Notes: a model not told the origin generated them from the letters alone. A stretch of 64,000 bases of DNA from an uncultured Phycisphaerales bacterium (GCA_963844715.1 CAWJPJ010000008.1:224001-288000), one strand, 5' to 3'; positions 43,241 to 54,077 are shown, counted from the stretch's first letter. Translations and numbers: made by a program.

Positions 43241-45124
43241 CTAAGAATGATTCGAGGGGTGGTAGGGTTGGTTATTGCGGAAGAGGGTTAGGCGGGTTTG
43301 GATTTTTTTTGCCAGGTCGGTGTTGCCTGCGGCTCGGGCCAGGTTTAAAGCGGTTTGGGCGGTGTTGACGGCGGCGGGGAATTGGCCGGTGGCGGCGAGG
43401 GCGACGGAGAGGGTGTCGGGGAAGGTGGGGTCGGCGTTGTCGGTGAGTTGGCAGACAAATTGGGCGAGGGCGACGGTGCGCGGGGGATCGCCGCCTTGGG
43501 AGGGGTCGGTGACGGCCAGGGCCCAGGCGAAATTGTTCAGGACATTGGGGGAATCGGGTTGGAGTTGCAGGGCCTGGTTCCATTGGATGATTGCGGCCTG
43601 GGGATTGCCTTGTTGCCAATAGGTTTCGGCGAGGTGCTCGTGGGCGTCGCCGTCGGCGGGGGTGATTTGTAGGGCGTGCTGGTAGTTTGCGATGGCCTGA
43701 TCGTATTTTTGTTGAGCGGAGAAGACGTTGCCTAGGCCGTCGTAGGCGTCGGTGTAGTCGGGCTTGAGTTGGATGGCTCGCTGGTAGTTTTGGATGGCTT
43801 GGTCGAGGCGGCCGTGTCCGGCGAGGGCGACGCCCAGGTTGTTGAAGGCGATCCAGGCGGTGGGGTTTTTGTTGGCGGTGTCGCGCCAGAGCGTTTCTTC
43901 GCTGGCGAAGACGTAGGTGCGGGCGCGGGTGAGGAGGCTTAGAAAAAAGACCACGGCGAGGGCGGCGGTTAGTTCGGCGTAGCGCCAGTTCGGGCTTGCG
44001 CGTCGCCAGAGATTTACGGCGGCGGCGGCGATGAGGGCGAGGAGGCCGATCTGGGCGGGGTAGAGCCATTGATCGGCGATGCGCGAGAAGGCGTGGTAGG
44101 ACTGGTGGAAGAAGCCGAGGATTGGGAAGAGCACGACGGCGAAATAGCCCAGGCCGAAGAGGAGGGGGCGGGCCCAGCGGTTGCGGTTCTGCCACAAAAC
44201 GGCGAGGCAAACGAGGGTGGCGAGGATGGGGATATAAGTTGCCGGGCGCGTGGGGCTCATGGTCCAGTTGGGATAGACCATCATGAGGTTCAGGGGGAAG
44301 AGGGTTTTGGCTATATAGAACCAGAGTGCGCGGCAGGCGATGGCGAAGCGAACGAAAAAGGATTCGGGCGGGGGCGGGGCTCCCTGTAGATGAACGAATC
44401 TTTGCTGGGCGATTGTGACGATGGCGGCGGCGAGGGAGAGGGCGAAGAAGGGGAAGGTGCGGAGAAGATCGGATCGATCGATGCGGCGGCGCCGCCACCA
44501 GGCGAGTCCTAGCAGGACGACGGGGGCGGTGACGATGGAGGTTTTGCTGAGAAGGGCGAGGGCGAAGGCGAGGAGGGCAAGGGCGTACCAAATCCAGCGT
44601 GGGCGCTGGTCGAAGATCAGATAGAAAAAAATGGCGGCGGCGCAGAAGAAGACGGAGAGGGTGTTCTTCTGCTCGCTGATCCAAGCGACGGTGGCGACGT
44701 TGACGGGATGGATTGCGAAGAGAAGGGCGGCGAGAAAGGAGCCGGGGGTTTTTAGTTTGCGGAGGACGAACCAGATGAGGAGGACATCGAGGGTGTGGAG
44801 AGCGATGTTGACGGCGTGATAGCCTGCGGGGCTGGCGCCGAAGAAGCGCCACTCGATCCACCAGGCGGAGTAGGAGACGGGCCAATAGTCTGGGGCTTCG
44901 GAGGTGAGCCAGATGCGGTGGAGGCCGTCGTCGGCGTGGATGAGGGTGCTGCCGGTGATGAGGGCGGGGTCGTCGAAGACGAAGCCGTCGTGGAGGGTGG
45001 GCCAGTAGATGAGCCAGATGATTAGGATGAGGAGGGAGCCGGTCAGGAGATCGGATTTGTGCGCGGCGGTTGTCGGAACTTGGGCGGGCGTGAAAGAGGG
45101 ACGGGCGGGGTGGATTTTCATCAA
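43241..45124 (-). CDS. TMTC-like membrane glycosyltransferase with TPR repeats
   Basis: FVFDD, YHAVN..LH, FAIHP..V..VAWISE, ADQWLY, then several TPRs. Confidence 0.85.
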   Translation of the reverse strand: MMKIHPARPSFTPAQVPTTAAHKSDLLTGSLLILIIWLIYWPTLHDGFVFDDPALITGSTLIHADDGLHRIWLTSEAPDYWPVSYSAWWIEWRFFGASPAGYHAVNIALHTLDVLLIWFVLRKLKTPGSFLAALLFAIHPVNVATVAWISEQKNTLSVFFCAAAIFFYLIFDQRPRWIWYALALLAFALALLSKTSIVTAPVVLLGLAWWRRRRIDRSDLLRTFPFFALSLAAAIVTIAQQRFVHLQGAPPPPESFFVRFAIACRALWFYIAKTLFPLNLMMVYPNWTMSPTRPATYIPILATLVCLAVLWQNRNRWARPLLFGLGYFAVVLFPILGFFHQSYHAFSRIADQWLYPAQIGLLALIAAAAVNLWRRASPNWRYAELTAALAVVFFLSLLTRARTYVFASEETLWRDTANKNPTAWIAFNNLGVALAGHGRLDQAIQNYQRAIQLKPDYTDAYDGLGNVFSAQQKYDQAIANYQHALQITPADGDAHEHLAETYWQQGNPQAAIIQWNQALQLQPDSPNVLNNFAWALAVTDPSQGGDPPRTVALAQFVCQLTDNADPTFPDTLSVALAATGQFPAAVNTAQTALNLARAAGNTDLAKKIQTRLTLFRNNQPYHPSNHS

Positions 45125-45198
45125 TATAAATACAGAGCAGTAGAGCAGTTAAGCAGTAGATCGGTCGCCGCGGCGACCTCTGTTCGCTGCGCGAACAA

Positions 45199-45287
45199 CG
45201 GAGAGGGTGGGATTCGAACCCACGAAGCGGTTTAAGCCGCTTACAGCATTTCCAGTGCTGCTCCTTCGGCCACTCGGACACCTCTCC
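45199..45287 (-). tRNA. tRNA-Ser(GGA)
   Basis: GGAGAGGTGTCCGAGTGG...CAGCA-CTGGAAA-TGCTG, long variable arm, GGTTCGAATCC, CTCTCCG; CCA not encoded. Confidence 0.97.
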
Positions 45288-45355
45288 AAAGGATGCGATG
45301 AGGGGAATATTACAGGGGCAGGGGGGGAGTAGAAAGCGGAGGGGGAGGGGGGAGA

Positions 45356-45394
45356 GGGTGTGAAGAGTGTGAAGGGTGTGAAGAGTGTGAAGGG
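45356..45394. repeat. 9-bp tandem repeat G(G/A)GTGTGAA x4
   Basis: gggtgtgaa gagtgtgaa gggtgtgaa gagtgtgaa. Confidence 0.85.
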
Positions 45395-45411
45395 GGCGCG
45401 GGGGGGAAAAT

Positions 45412-46263
45412 TTATTGTGCGGGTTTTTGGGAGCGGATTCGTTTGGCTAGGGCGGTGGGGAGTTCGGGGTTGGAGAGGAGGTGGGCCATTTGGTCGTCGA
45501 ACCAATTCTCTAGTTCGGTTTGGGGGGAGCCCTGGTGGCCGGCGATGATTTTTCGGGCGGATTTTATCAGGTCGGGGCGCTCGGCTTTAAATTCGTCGTC
45601 GGTCATTTTGCGGGCGCGGTCGAGGAGGGCGCTGATTTTGTTGATGAGATCGGGGTGGCCCTGGGGGCCGTCGCCGAAGCAGAGGAGGACTAGCTGGGTG
45701 GTGACCCGGTCGCGGAGAGCCACGTAGTCGTCTTCGGTGGCTTTGCGGGAATCGTCGAGGGCGCTGGCGACGGTTTCGTCGGCGTCGGGGATTTCGGCGG
45801 CGTGAAGGGCGATGAATTTCACGTATTGCGTGGTGCTGAGGATTTCGCTCACGGCGGGGGCGACGGCGCGGGCGGAGTCGGAAAGAGAGAAGGCGGCTTC
45901 GGAGGGAGCGGGGTTGCCTTTGGCGCGGTCGAAATCGGCGCGGGCCTGGGTGATTAGCGTGTCGTCGCCGGCGGCGAGGGCGTTACGCAGATTCAGGAGG
46001 GCGTCTTGATAGGGCTGTGAGACGGCTGGGTCGTCGGGGGTGATATAGGTGGGGTCGGCGCAGCCTGCGGAGAGCATTTGGATTTTTCTTAGTTGGCCGG
46101 GGGTCAGGTTGAGTTCGTCGAGGGTGGTCAGGGCGGAGGATTGGAGTTGGAGCTGGGAGATGGAATCGGTTGGGGCGGTCGTGGCGTCGGCGCGGGAGTT
46201 GGTCGAGATGGTGAGGAGAGTGAGGGCAAATGCGAACGAAAGAATGAGGGGTTGGATGCGCAT
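45412..46263 (-). CDS. Hypothetical exported helical protein
   Basis: Signal peptide MRIQPLILSFAFALTLL...SRA; uninterrupted ORF. Confidence 0.75.
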   Translation of the reverse strand: MRIQPLILSFAFALTLLTISTNSRADATTAPTDSISQLQLQSSALTTLDELNLTPGQLRKIQMLSAGCADPTYITPDDPAVSQPYQDALLNLRNALAAGDDTLITQARADFDRAKGNPAPSEAAFSLSDSARAVAPAVSEILSTTQYVKFIALHAAEIPDADETVASALDDSRKATEDDYVALRDRVTTQLVLLCFGDGPQGHPDLINKISALLDRARKMTDDEFKAERPDLIKSARKIIAGHQGSPQTELENWFDDQMAHLLSNPELPTALAKRIRSQKPAQ

Positions 46264-46421
46264 GCGAGATCCTCCGGGGTGGGGGTATTTTACTTGCTGC
46301 GATAGAGAGTGGAAAGCGGAGAGTGGGCGGGTGAATGACGAAAGGGGCGATAAATGAGTCCCTCACGCTTTCCCTCTCGCCCGCGGTCCGAAGGCAGGGA
46401 AACGATGTTTGCGTGCGACGG

Positions 46422-46993
46422 TTAGTTGGCGACCTGGGCTACGATTTGGCGATGGGCTTCGGCGGGGGGGACCTGTTCGACGTGGCCGTCCATGTAAAGG
46501 ATTTGGACGTCGACTGGGCCGATGGCGAGGTCGGGGCGCTGTTGCGCTCGGTGTTTTTTTCGTAGAGGATGATGATTTTTGGGTCTTCGCCTTCCACGTG
46601 GTCGGCACCGAGGTAAACGAAATCCGTGTGTTGGATGACCCATTGGGCCTGCTGGTCAGGAGTCAGTTGGGTGTAGTTGGAGGGGGGAGATTCGCCGTGG
46701 GGCATGGACGGGCATAAGAAATCGGTGATGGGGGTACTTTGGATTTTGAGGAGTGCGCCCAGGTCGGGGGGATAGCGACCTCTGTTGTTGTTGGCATAGG
46801 CGAGAAGAGCTTGGCCGATTTGGCGCATGTTGCTGGCGCAGTGCACGCGGTTCGCGGTTTGGGAAAATTCGCGCCAGATCATGAACGCCATTGTCAGGAT
46901 CGGGGAAAAGACGAGCAGGAGGATGATCGTGATGATGATTCGATTTTTTCCTCGGCGATTGGCGGGGCGTTGGGGAGGCGCGGGGATTGTCAT
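46422..46993 (-). CDS. DUF1559-like pilin-associated protein (frameshifted)
   Basis: TM, ANRVHCASNMRQIG, FLCPS, C-terminal ILYMDGHVE. Confidence 0.75.
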
Positions 46994-47145
46994 GAGCGGA
47001 CTGGTTGGGGAATTATTCGTTGGGTCCTGTTCGTTAAAAATACCTTCGGGATGGGGGGAATGCGCGGATCGATCCGGTGGTGCGAGCACCACCTGCTTCG
47101 CGGGGAATTGAGTTTTAGTGGGTAGATAGTCGGGAGTAGAAAGAC

Positions 47146-47252
47146 GGCCCCTCACCCGCGCTGCGCGAGAATAGTGGAACGGTGGAACAGTCGAGCAGGA
47201 GGGAAGGCTGCCCCTCACCCGGCCTCTCCCCGTGAGTACACGGGGAGAGGGG
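47146..47252. repeat. CCCCTCACCC hairpin repeats (one partial, one complete)
   Basis: cctctccccgtgagtacacggggagagg perfect stem. Confidence 0.85.
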
Positions 47253-47268
47253 TAAGAGGGGAAGATTG

Positions 47269-49142
47269 TTATTCGACGGTGACGCTTTTGGCCAGGTTTC
47301 TGGGTTTGTCTACGTTGCAGCCTCGGGCTACGGCGGCGTGGTAGGCGAGGAGTTGCAGGGGGACAACCGTTAGCAGCGGTTGGAGGCATTCCAGGGTTGG
47401 GGGGACGTGGATGATGTGGTCGCTGTAGCGGCGCATGCTGGTGTCGCCTTCTGTGGCGACGACGATGACGTGGCCGCCGCGGGCTCGGACTTCTTCGATG
47501 TTGCTGATGACTTTTTCGTATTGGAGGCCTTTGGGGGCGACGAAGACGACGGGCATGCCTTCGTTGATGAGGGCGATGGGGCCGTGCTTCATTTCGGCGG
47601 CGGGCATGCCTTCGGCGTGGATGTAGCTGATTTCCTTGAGCTTGAGGGCGCCTTCCAGGGCGACGGGGTAGTGGTAGCCGCGGCCGAGGAAGAGCCAGTT
47701 TTCCTTGTCGCAGAATTTGAGGGCAATGTCTTTGATGGCGTCGCTCTGGTTCGAGGACGGTTTGCATCTGGGCGGGGATGGCGGTGAGGCCGTCGATGAT
47801 TTCCTGGCACTGGCTCTGGCTCATGTATTTGCGGCGGCCGAGGTAGAGGGCGAGCATGGTGAGGACGACGCACTGGCAGGTGAAGGCCTTGGTGCTGGCG
47901 ACGCCGATTTCCGGGCCGGCGTGGAGGTAGATTCCGCCGTCGACTTCGCGGGCGATGGTGCTGCCGACGGAGTTGACGACGCCGAGGCAGAGCGCGCCTT
48001 TGTCGCGGCCTTCGCGGAGGGCGGCGAGGGTGTCGGCGGTTTCGCCGCTTTGGCTGATGGCGACGAGGACGGTCCCTTCCTCGACGATGGGGTTTCGGTA
48101 GCGGAATTCGCGAGGCGTAGGTGCATTCGGTGATGACCTTGGCGAGATCTTCCATGAGATAGTCGCCGAGGAGGGCGGCGTGCCAGGCGGTGCCTTGGCC
48201 GGTGAGGATGAACCGGCGGGCGTGGAGGAGCTGGCGGGTGAATTTTGCGAGGCCGCCGAGGACGATGCGTCCTTCTTTTATTTCGGCGCGGCCACGGAGG
48301 CAGTTTTCGACGGCAACGGGCTGCTCGAAGATTTCCTTGAGCATGTAGTGCTCATAGGAGCCGAGTTCGTAGGCTTCGAGCTTGTTTTCGAGCTGGCTGT
48401 AGACGGGGTTGACGTCGGCGTCGTCGATGGTGACGGTGGTGAGGCCTGTGGGTCGGAGTACGGCCATTTCATTGTCGTTGAGATAGATGACCTGGGTGGT
48501 GTGCTCGACGATGGCGCTGGCGTCGGAGGCGGCGATGTATTCGTCCTTCCCGACGCCGACGATGAGGGGGCTGCCTTTGCGGGCGACGACGAGGGTGTCG
48601 GGTTCATCCTTGCAGATGACGGCGATGCCATAGGTGCCTTCGACCTGGCGGAGGGCGGCCTGGACGGCGCGCTGGAGGAGCGAGGCACCGGCCGGGAGGT
48701 GATTTTTGATTTTCAATTCGGCATGGATGTCGGCGATGAGGACGGCGAGGACTTCGGTGTCGGTCTGACTGGAGAAGACGTGGCCTTTTTCAGCGAGGAA
48801 TTGTTTGAGGGCGACGTAGTTTTCAATGACGCCGTTGTGGACGACGGCGATCTGGCCGGAGTCGTCGACATGGGGATGGGCGTTGCATTCGGTGGGAGCA
48901 CCGTGGGTGGCCCAGCGGGTGTGGGCCATGCCGATGTGGGCTTTGGGGAGCTTGTCGGCGTGGTTGAGGGAATTTTCGAGGACGGAGATCCTGCCGACGG
49001 CGCGGCGGATGTGGAGGTGCTGGTCGGCGTCGATGACGGCGATGCCGGCGGAGTCGTAGCCGCGATATTCCAATCGCTTAAGCCCTTCGATAAGAAGGGG
49101 TTGGGCGAGTTTTTTCCCGACATAGGCAACGATACCACACAT
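47269..49142 (-). CDS. glmS: Glutamine-fructose-6-phosphate aminotransferase (frameshifted)
   Basis: [43 protein letters not shown]. Confidence 0.96.
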
Positions 49143-49289
49143 AACAGCCTCCTGGAGACGCCGCGGTCCCTGCGGCGTCTGAAGGTTCAAGTGTATCCCG
49201 CAAAGCGCCGGCGGCAAGGCGACGGCGTGTTATGGGACGGAGCGGAATTGCGCTTGACGTTACAGAGGCGCAATAGGAATCTGTCGGTC

Positions 49290-49628
49290 ATGGGCGAATC
49301 ACTCTTCACAAAAATCATCGAGCGGAAGATTCCTGCGAAAATCGCCTATGAGGACGACAGATATATCGTCATTCATGACATCAATCCGCAAGCGCCGGTC
49401 CATGTGTTGGTGATCCCGAAGAAGCAAATTGCAACACTGAACGATCTGATGGAGGGGGACCAGGAGCTGGTCGGGGGGTTGCTCCTGGTGGCGGGTAAGG
49501 TGATGAAGGAGATGGGGCAAGAGGAGTACCGCACTGTGTTTAATTGCGGGGAACAGGCGGGGCAGACGGTTTTTCACCTGCATTTGCATGTTTTGGCGGG
49601 GCGGGTGTTTAGTTGGCCGCCGGGGTAG
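49290..49628 (+). CDS. Histidine triad (HIT) nucleotide-binding protein
   Basis: DINPQAPVHVLVIPK, GQTVFHLHLHVL, WPPG. Confidence 0.94.
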   Translation: MGESLFTKIIERKIPAKIAYEDDRYIVIHDINPQAPVHVLVIPKKQIATLNDLMEGDQELVGGLLLVAGKVMKEMGQEEYRTVFNCGEQAGQTVFHLHLHVLAGRVFSWPPG

Positions 49629-49772
49629 CCGTGCTAGAGCAGGAGGGGAGGTCGCCACGGCGACCCTTCGGCAGGCGAGCAGGTGGGCGGAGGAGCAGGT
49701 GGGCGGATTTTGTCACGCACGTCTTTGGCGGTCGTCTGATTGGCGGATACTTTCACCAACGAAGGGTTCGTC

Positions 49773-51209
49773 ATGGTCGGAACATTATTGCAGGCGGAAG
49801 ATTGCTCGGATGCGGAACTGGTGGCGCAGAGCCGGCGGGGAAGCCGGGAGGCGTTTGGGCGGATCGTGCGGCGCTATCAGGGGATGATCGCTGGGTCGGC
49901 GTATTCGGTGTGCGGGGATCTTCATGTCAGCGAAGACGTGGCGCAGGAGACATTCCTGGCGGCGTGGAAGAGCCTGTCGGGTTTGAAGGAACCGGGGAAG
50001 CTTTCGCCGTGGCTGTGCCAGATCGCGCGGCGGAAAGCGCTGGATCATCAGCGAACGACATCGCGCGGGAAGAATCGGTTGGCGCGATTGTTTCAGATGG
50101 CGCCTAGCCGGGGGACGGCGTCGACGAGGGAGGAGGCACTGAGTGAGGAAGAGCGGGAGATGCTGTGGCGGTTTTTGTCGGAGCTGCCGCAGCCCTATAG
50201 GGAGACGATGGTGCTGTATTACCGGAAGGAGCAATCGACAGGAGCGGTGGCGCTGGCGATGGAGACGACGGAAGAGACGGTTCGTCAGCGGCTGGCGCGC
50301 GGGAGGGGGATGCTGCGGGAGCAGGTGGCGGTGACGCTGGAGCGGAATTTGGTTCGGTCGGCGCCGAGCGGTGCGCTGGCGACGGCGATTATTGCGGGGC
50401 TGCCGCCGCTGGCGGGTCAGGCGGCGTCGGGGACGCTGGGGGTCGCGGCGAAGGGGACGGGGGCGCTGTCGGTGAGTTTATTCATGTGGTTCACGGTGCT
50501 GTTCGGGCCGGTGTTGGCATTTGGATGCGGGATCGGGGGGATTCGAGCGGCGATGCGAGGGGCGGCGCTCTGGGGGCAGCGGTGGTTCATCGCGGGATTC
50601 GGGGTTGCGGTGACGATTTGCGTGGGGGCGGTTTATTTCGTCTACGCATTTTCGCCGTCGTTTGTCACTCACCATGACCGGAACGGATACCGGCAGATGG
50701 GGGTCATGCTGGCGATCACGGCCCTGGGGACGGCGATCATTATCTTTGGGCGGAGCCGGTTGAAATCTTTTGGATTGAGCGCGGTGGCGGGGGCAAGTTC
50801 GGCGGCGGAATCCTGCGGGCCGAAGAAAATGTCGATCTGGCTGATTCTGGCGGTCGTGATGAGCAGCGTCATGTGGATGTTCCGGTTCGCATGGCAAGCC
50901 AACGACTGGGAATCGCTTGGATTGCTTTCGGGCGTGACGGGGCTATTGGTGCTTGGGGCGATTTATTGCTGGAGACACGGAAGTTTCATGGTTCGGCAGA
51001 CTTTCACTTTTCTGTTTGTGCCGATGGTGGCGGTGTTCACGATGCTGATGGTGGACTGGCGGATGCCGTACTGGGACAGCATCATGTTTCATCGATCAGT
51101 GCCGATTCCGATTTCGTCGAGGTCGCTGGCGCTGATGGGCGTGTTCTTCGGGTGCGTGGCAATATATGTGATTGCACTGACGGGGAAGCGGCGACGGAAT
51201 CATCCATAA
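49773..51209 (+). CDS. ECF sigma factor with multi-TM C-terminal extension
   Basis: D.ELV, EDVAQETF..AW, WL..IAR, TVRQRL.RGR, followed by ~7 hydrophobic helices. Confidence 0.87.
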   Translation: MVGTLLQAEDCSDAELVAQSRRGSREAFGRIVRRYQGMIAGSAYSVCGDLHVSEDVAQETFLAAWKSLSGLKEPGKLSPWLCQIARRKALDHQRTTSRGKNRLARLFQMAPSRGTASTREEALSEEEREMLWRFLSELPQPYRETMVLYYRKEQSTGAVALAMETTEETVRQRLARGRGMLREQVAVTLERNLVRSAPSGALATAIIAGLPPLAGQAASGTLGVAAKGTGALSVSLFMWFTVLFGPVLAFGCGIGGIRAAMRGAALWGQRWFIAGFGVAVTICVGAVYFVYAFSPSFVTHHDRNGYRQMGVMLAITALGTAIIIFGRSRLKSFGLSAVAGASSAAESCGPKKMSIWLILAVVMSSVMWMFRFAWQANDWESLGLLSGVTGLLVLGAIYCWRHGSFMVRQTFTFLFVPMVAVFTMLMVDWRMPYWDSIMFHRSVPIPISSRSLALMGVFFGCVAIYVIALTGKRRRNHP

Positions 51210-51512
51210 AGTATAAATCGGTTGACGAATATCGACCTTCTGACAAATCGATTTCATCGCGCTCTATTGCAAATGTTGCAGTCGGGCGGGAAATGGGCGG
51301 CGGGAGAATTTGTCGCGCCGCTCACAAGGTGGGCCGCGTTGAATAGCGGCGATATTTCGGGGGAAAATGTGCGGAGGTGGTCAAATCATTATGGTGCAGG
51401 TGCGGGCGAAAATCGTTAATAATTTGTTAATTCGCGGATTTGCCTGTGATCGGACATCCCCGACATTTAGTCTTGTGGGTCGGCCTATTAGGGTAGGAGA
51501 GTCGGAGAGGGT

Positions 51513-52146
51513 ATGCGCGGGCAAATTCGGTTTGGGTTGGCCGCGACGGTGGCGGTTGTTGTGTCGTTCATGGGGTCGACCGCACGGGGTGATATTACGA
51601 ATTGGAATTTGTGGGATCCGGCGGGGGACCAGGTTGCGCTATCGCCGAGCAATTGGCAGAATGTGGAGGGCTCGGATTACAGCGTGATGCTGAGCGGGAC
51701 GGATACGGGGGCGGGCGTGGTGGACGGGAGTTTCACGACGGATTCTGATCTCGATCCGAGCCTGTTTCTGAGCAACTCGGTGGTGAACGATTCGGCGTGC
51801 GCCGTGGTCGGCGTATCAAGTGGCGGTGGTGCTGAGCAGTCCGTTTACGCTGTCGAGCATCGCGGCGACGACGCCGGCGGACTGGACGTATACGTCGGAT
51901 GCGGAAATGTTGAATGCGACCGGCCCATACGCCGGGCAGTACGAGCAGATTCTAAACTTCTCGGGTCCGGACAATGTTGCGCCGTCGGGGACATTTGCGT
52001 GGCAATATAATATTTCTTTTTCTGGGGCGGAGTCGTTTGCGTTCACGCAGGTGTTGTCGCCTACGGAGGTGCCGGAGCCGGCGAGTTTGAGTTTGCTGGC
52101 GGTGGGCGGGCTGGGGTTGCTGGGGCGACGGCGGCGATTGGCGTAA
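51513..52146 (+). CDS. PEP-CTERM protein (frameshifted)
   Basis: Signal peptide; C-terminal VPEPASLSLLAVGGLGLLGRRRR. Confidence 0.88.
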
Positions 52147-52208
52147 GGGACTTGCGCGTGCGCCACGGCGACCAAGGTCGCCCGCTAAAGGGTTTGCTCG
52201 TGCGTTGA

Positions 52209-53900
52209 TTAGTGGGCGGCGGGGGTTTGTAGGGCTCGGCGGACTTCGATCAGGAGTTGGTCTACCTTGAAGGGTTTGAAGAGGACGGCCTGGAGGCCTT
52301 CCTGGCTGGCGCGGACGATGCTGTGATTGGGGTCGTAGCCGAAACCGGTCATGAGGATGACGGGCATGGCGGCATTTCGTTTGTGGGCGGCGGCGAAGAC
52401 ATCGTAGCCGCTTTTGTCGGGCATTTTGATGTCGCTGATGACCAGGTCGTAGTGGGCCTGGTTGAGATCGGCGATGGCTTCGGCGCCGTTGGCGGCGGTG
52501 GTGACCATGGCGTGATATTTGCGCAGGACGTCGCAGATGGTGTTGCGGATGTTGGGTTCGTCGTCGGCGACGAGGATGGACATGCCGCCGATGACGGGGT
52601 CGGCTTCGCCTTTGACGTCGGCGGCGCCGAGGACGGTGTTGGGTCCTTCGGCGGCCTGGCGGAGGGATTTTCGGATGATGCCGACGTTGTCGAGGATCTG
52701 CTGGAGGCGGGTGCGGAGATCGTCGTGGCCGATGTAGTCGTCCATGAGGGCGCTGGCGTCGGAGGCGATGTCGTTGAGGGGGCCGGCGGCTTCGGAGCAG
52801 ACATTGTCGGCGATTTTGTGGCTGGTGCTGACGCGCTCGACGACCATGAGATCGAGAATATTCAGGGCGACGGCGACGTAGCGGCCGAAGATTTCGGCGA
52901 ACTGGCGGTCGTCCTCGTTGAAGGCGGCGCGGTGGCGGCTTTCGATGTTGAAGATGCCGATGACTTTGTCGTGGAGGCGGAGGGGGACGGTGAGGCTGCT
53001 CTTGGCGCTTTCGAGGCCGGTGACGTAGCGGGGGTCGCGTTCGACGTCGGGGCAGATGTAGCTGCGGCCGGTGGAGGCGACGTAGCCGCTGATGCCGTGG
53101 CCTTCGGGTTCGGCGAAGAGATCGATGCAGAGGGCTTCCTGGGGGAGGCCGGCGCTGATGACGAGTCTCGAGCTTGTTGGTTTTGCGATCGAGGAGGCGG
53201 ATGGCGAAGTGATCGAAGTGCATGAGATCGCGGGTGAAGCTGATGATTTTGTCTTCGAGGAGGCTCGAGGCGCTGGCCGACGTTCATGCCGGCAGAGGGC
53301 TTCGCCTTCGAGGCGGACGAGTTCGCGGCCGGCGTTGTCGATGGCGTCGATTTTCTGCTGGAGGCGGCGCGTGCCGGTGGCGTCCCAGACGACGGCGACG
53401 ACCTGGACGACCTGCCCGCGGGGATTGATGACGGGGGAGGCGATCAACTCCATGTACTGCTGGTCTTCGATATTGAGGGCGTAGCGTTTGGAACGGCTGA
53501 AGGCGGGGGCGTCGGCGGGCTGGGGGCTGACTTGCTTGCTGAAAATATCGAAGGCTTCCTGACAGGTGCGGCGGATTTTTTCGTGAACGCGGGCGGGCCA
53601 GGCCTGCATCTTTTTGTTCATCCAGTTACAGCGGCCTTCGCCGTCGACGATGCAGACGCCTTCGCCGATGGTGTTGAGGATGAGATGGGCCTGCTGGCTG
53701 ATGAGGGCGCGTTCGAGGGGGAGGAAATCGGCGGCTTCGGAGAAGACGCCGGTGAACTGGTCGGTCTTGATGAGTTCGAGGGCTTTTTCGATGGAGCCGG
53801 TTTCGACGATGTCGCACTGCAATCGAAGGGAATCGATCGCGGCGGCGTTGACCGTGGCGGGATTAGTCAGGACTAATACTTTATTCCGCGGAACTTCCAA
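52209..53900 (-). CDS. PAS-GAF-receiver signalling protein (compensating frameshifts)
   Basis: IGEGVCIVD PAS; GAF (GISGYVA..G, LTVPL, VIGIFNIES); REC (ILVADDE, SDIKMP, KPF). Confidence 0.85.
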   Translation of the reverse strand: MEVPRNKVLVLTNPATVNAAAIDSLRLQCDIVETGSIEKALELIKTDQFTGVFSEAADFLPLERALISQQAHLILNTIGEGVCIVDGEGRCNWMNKKMQAWPARVHEKIRRTCQEAFDIFSKQVSPQPADAPAFSRSKRYALNIEDQQYMELIASPVINPRGQVVQVVAVVWDATGTRRLQQKIDAIDNAGRELVRLEGEALCRHERRPAPRASSKTKSSASPAISCTSITSPSASSIAKPTSSRLVISAGLPQEALCIDLFAEPEGHGISGYVASTGRSYICPDVERDPRYVTGLESAKSSLTVPLRLHDKVIGIFNIESRHRAAFNEDDRQFAEIFGRYVAVALNILDLMVVERVSTSHKIADNVCSEAAGPLNDIASDASALMDDYIGHDDLRTRLQQILDNVGIIRKSLRQAAEGPNTVLGAADVKGEADPVIGGMSILVADDEPNIRNTICDVLRKYHAMVTTAANGAEAIADLNQAHYDLVISDIKMPDKSGYDVFAAAHKRNAAMPVILMTGFGYDPNHSIVRASQEGLQAVLFKPFKVDQLLIEVRRALQTPAAH

Positions 53901-54077
53901 TACACCCTATCCTTAAGCGGCGGTGGTTGAAGACCTTGGATTGTAATTAACGCAACATTACTCCGCAAAACAAAAAGTCTTCACACCCCATTATTCTTCG
54001 GCCGGAAGGGTTGGGGGATCAAGGTGGCGGAAAACAAGTGTGGTTTTTCGGCGGAACGCTCTTCGATCCCCGCAGCC

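Noticed and set aside
43272..45281. 669-aa Pro/Arg-rich ORF and similar long shadow ORFs (24910..26376, 48180..49289, 7044..8306)
   Set aside because: Alternate or antisense frames of clear genes, kept open by high GC and skew; one runs through the tRNA.
45199..45287. tRNA-Ser as island attachment site
   Set aside because: No duplicated tRNA 3' end or integrase seen in the window.
46439..47857. 472-aa ORF joining glmS fragment and pilin-type protein
   Set aside because: Chimeric read-through of off-frame glmS and intergenic repeats.
49143..49289. glmS ribozyme
   Set aside because: Conserved core (AGCGCC..GACGAGG) not found in proper arrangement and leader is short.
51222..51419. Small ORF between ECF and PEP-CTERM genes
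   Set aside because: TTG start, no recognisable motif; region looks like AT-rich promoter DNA.
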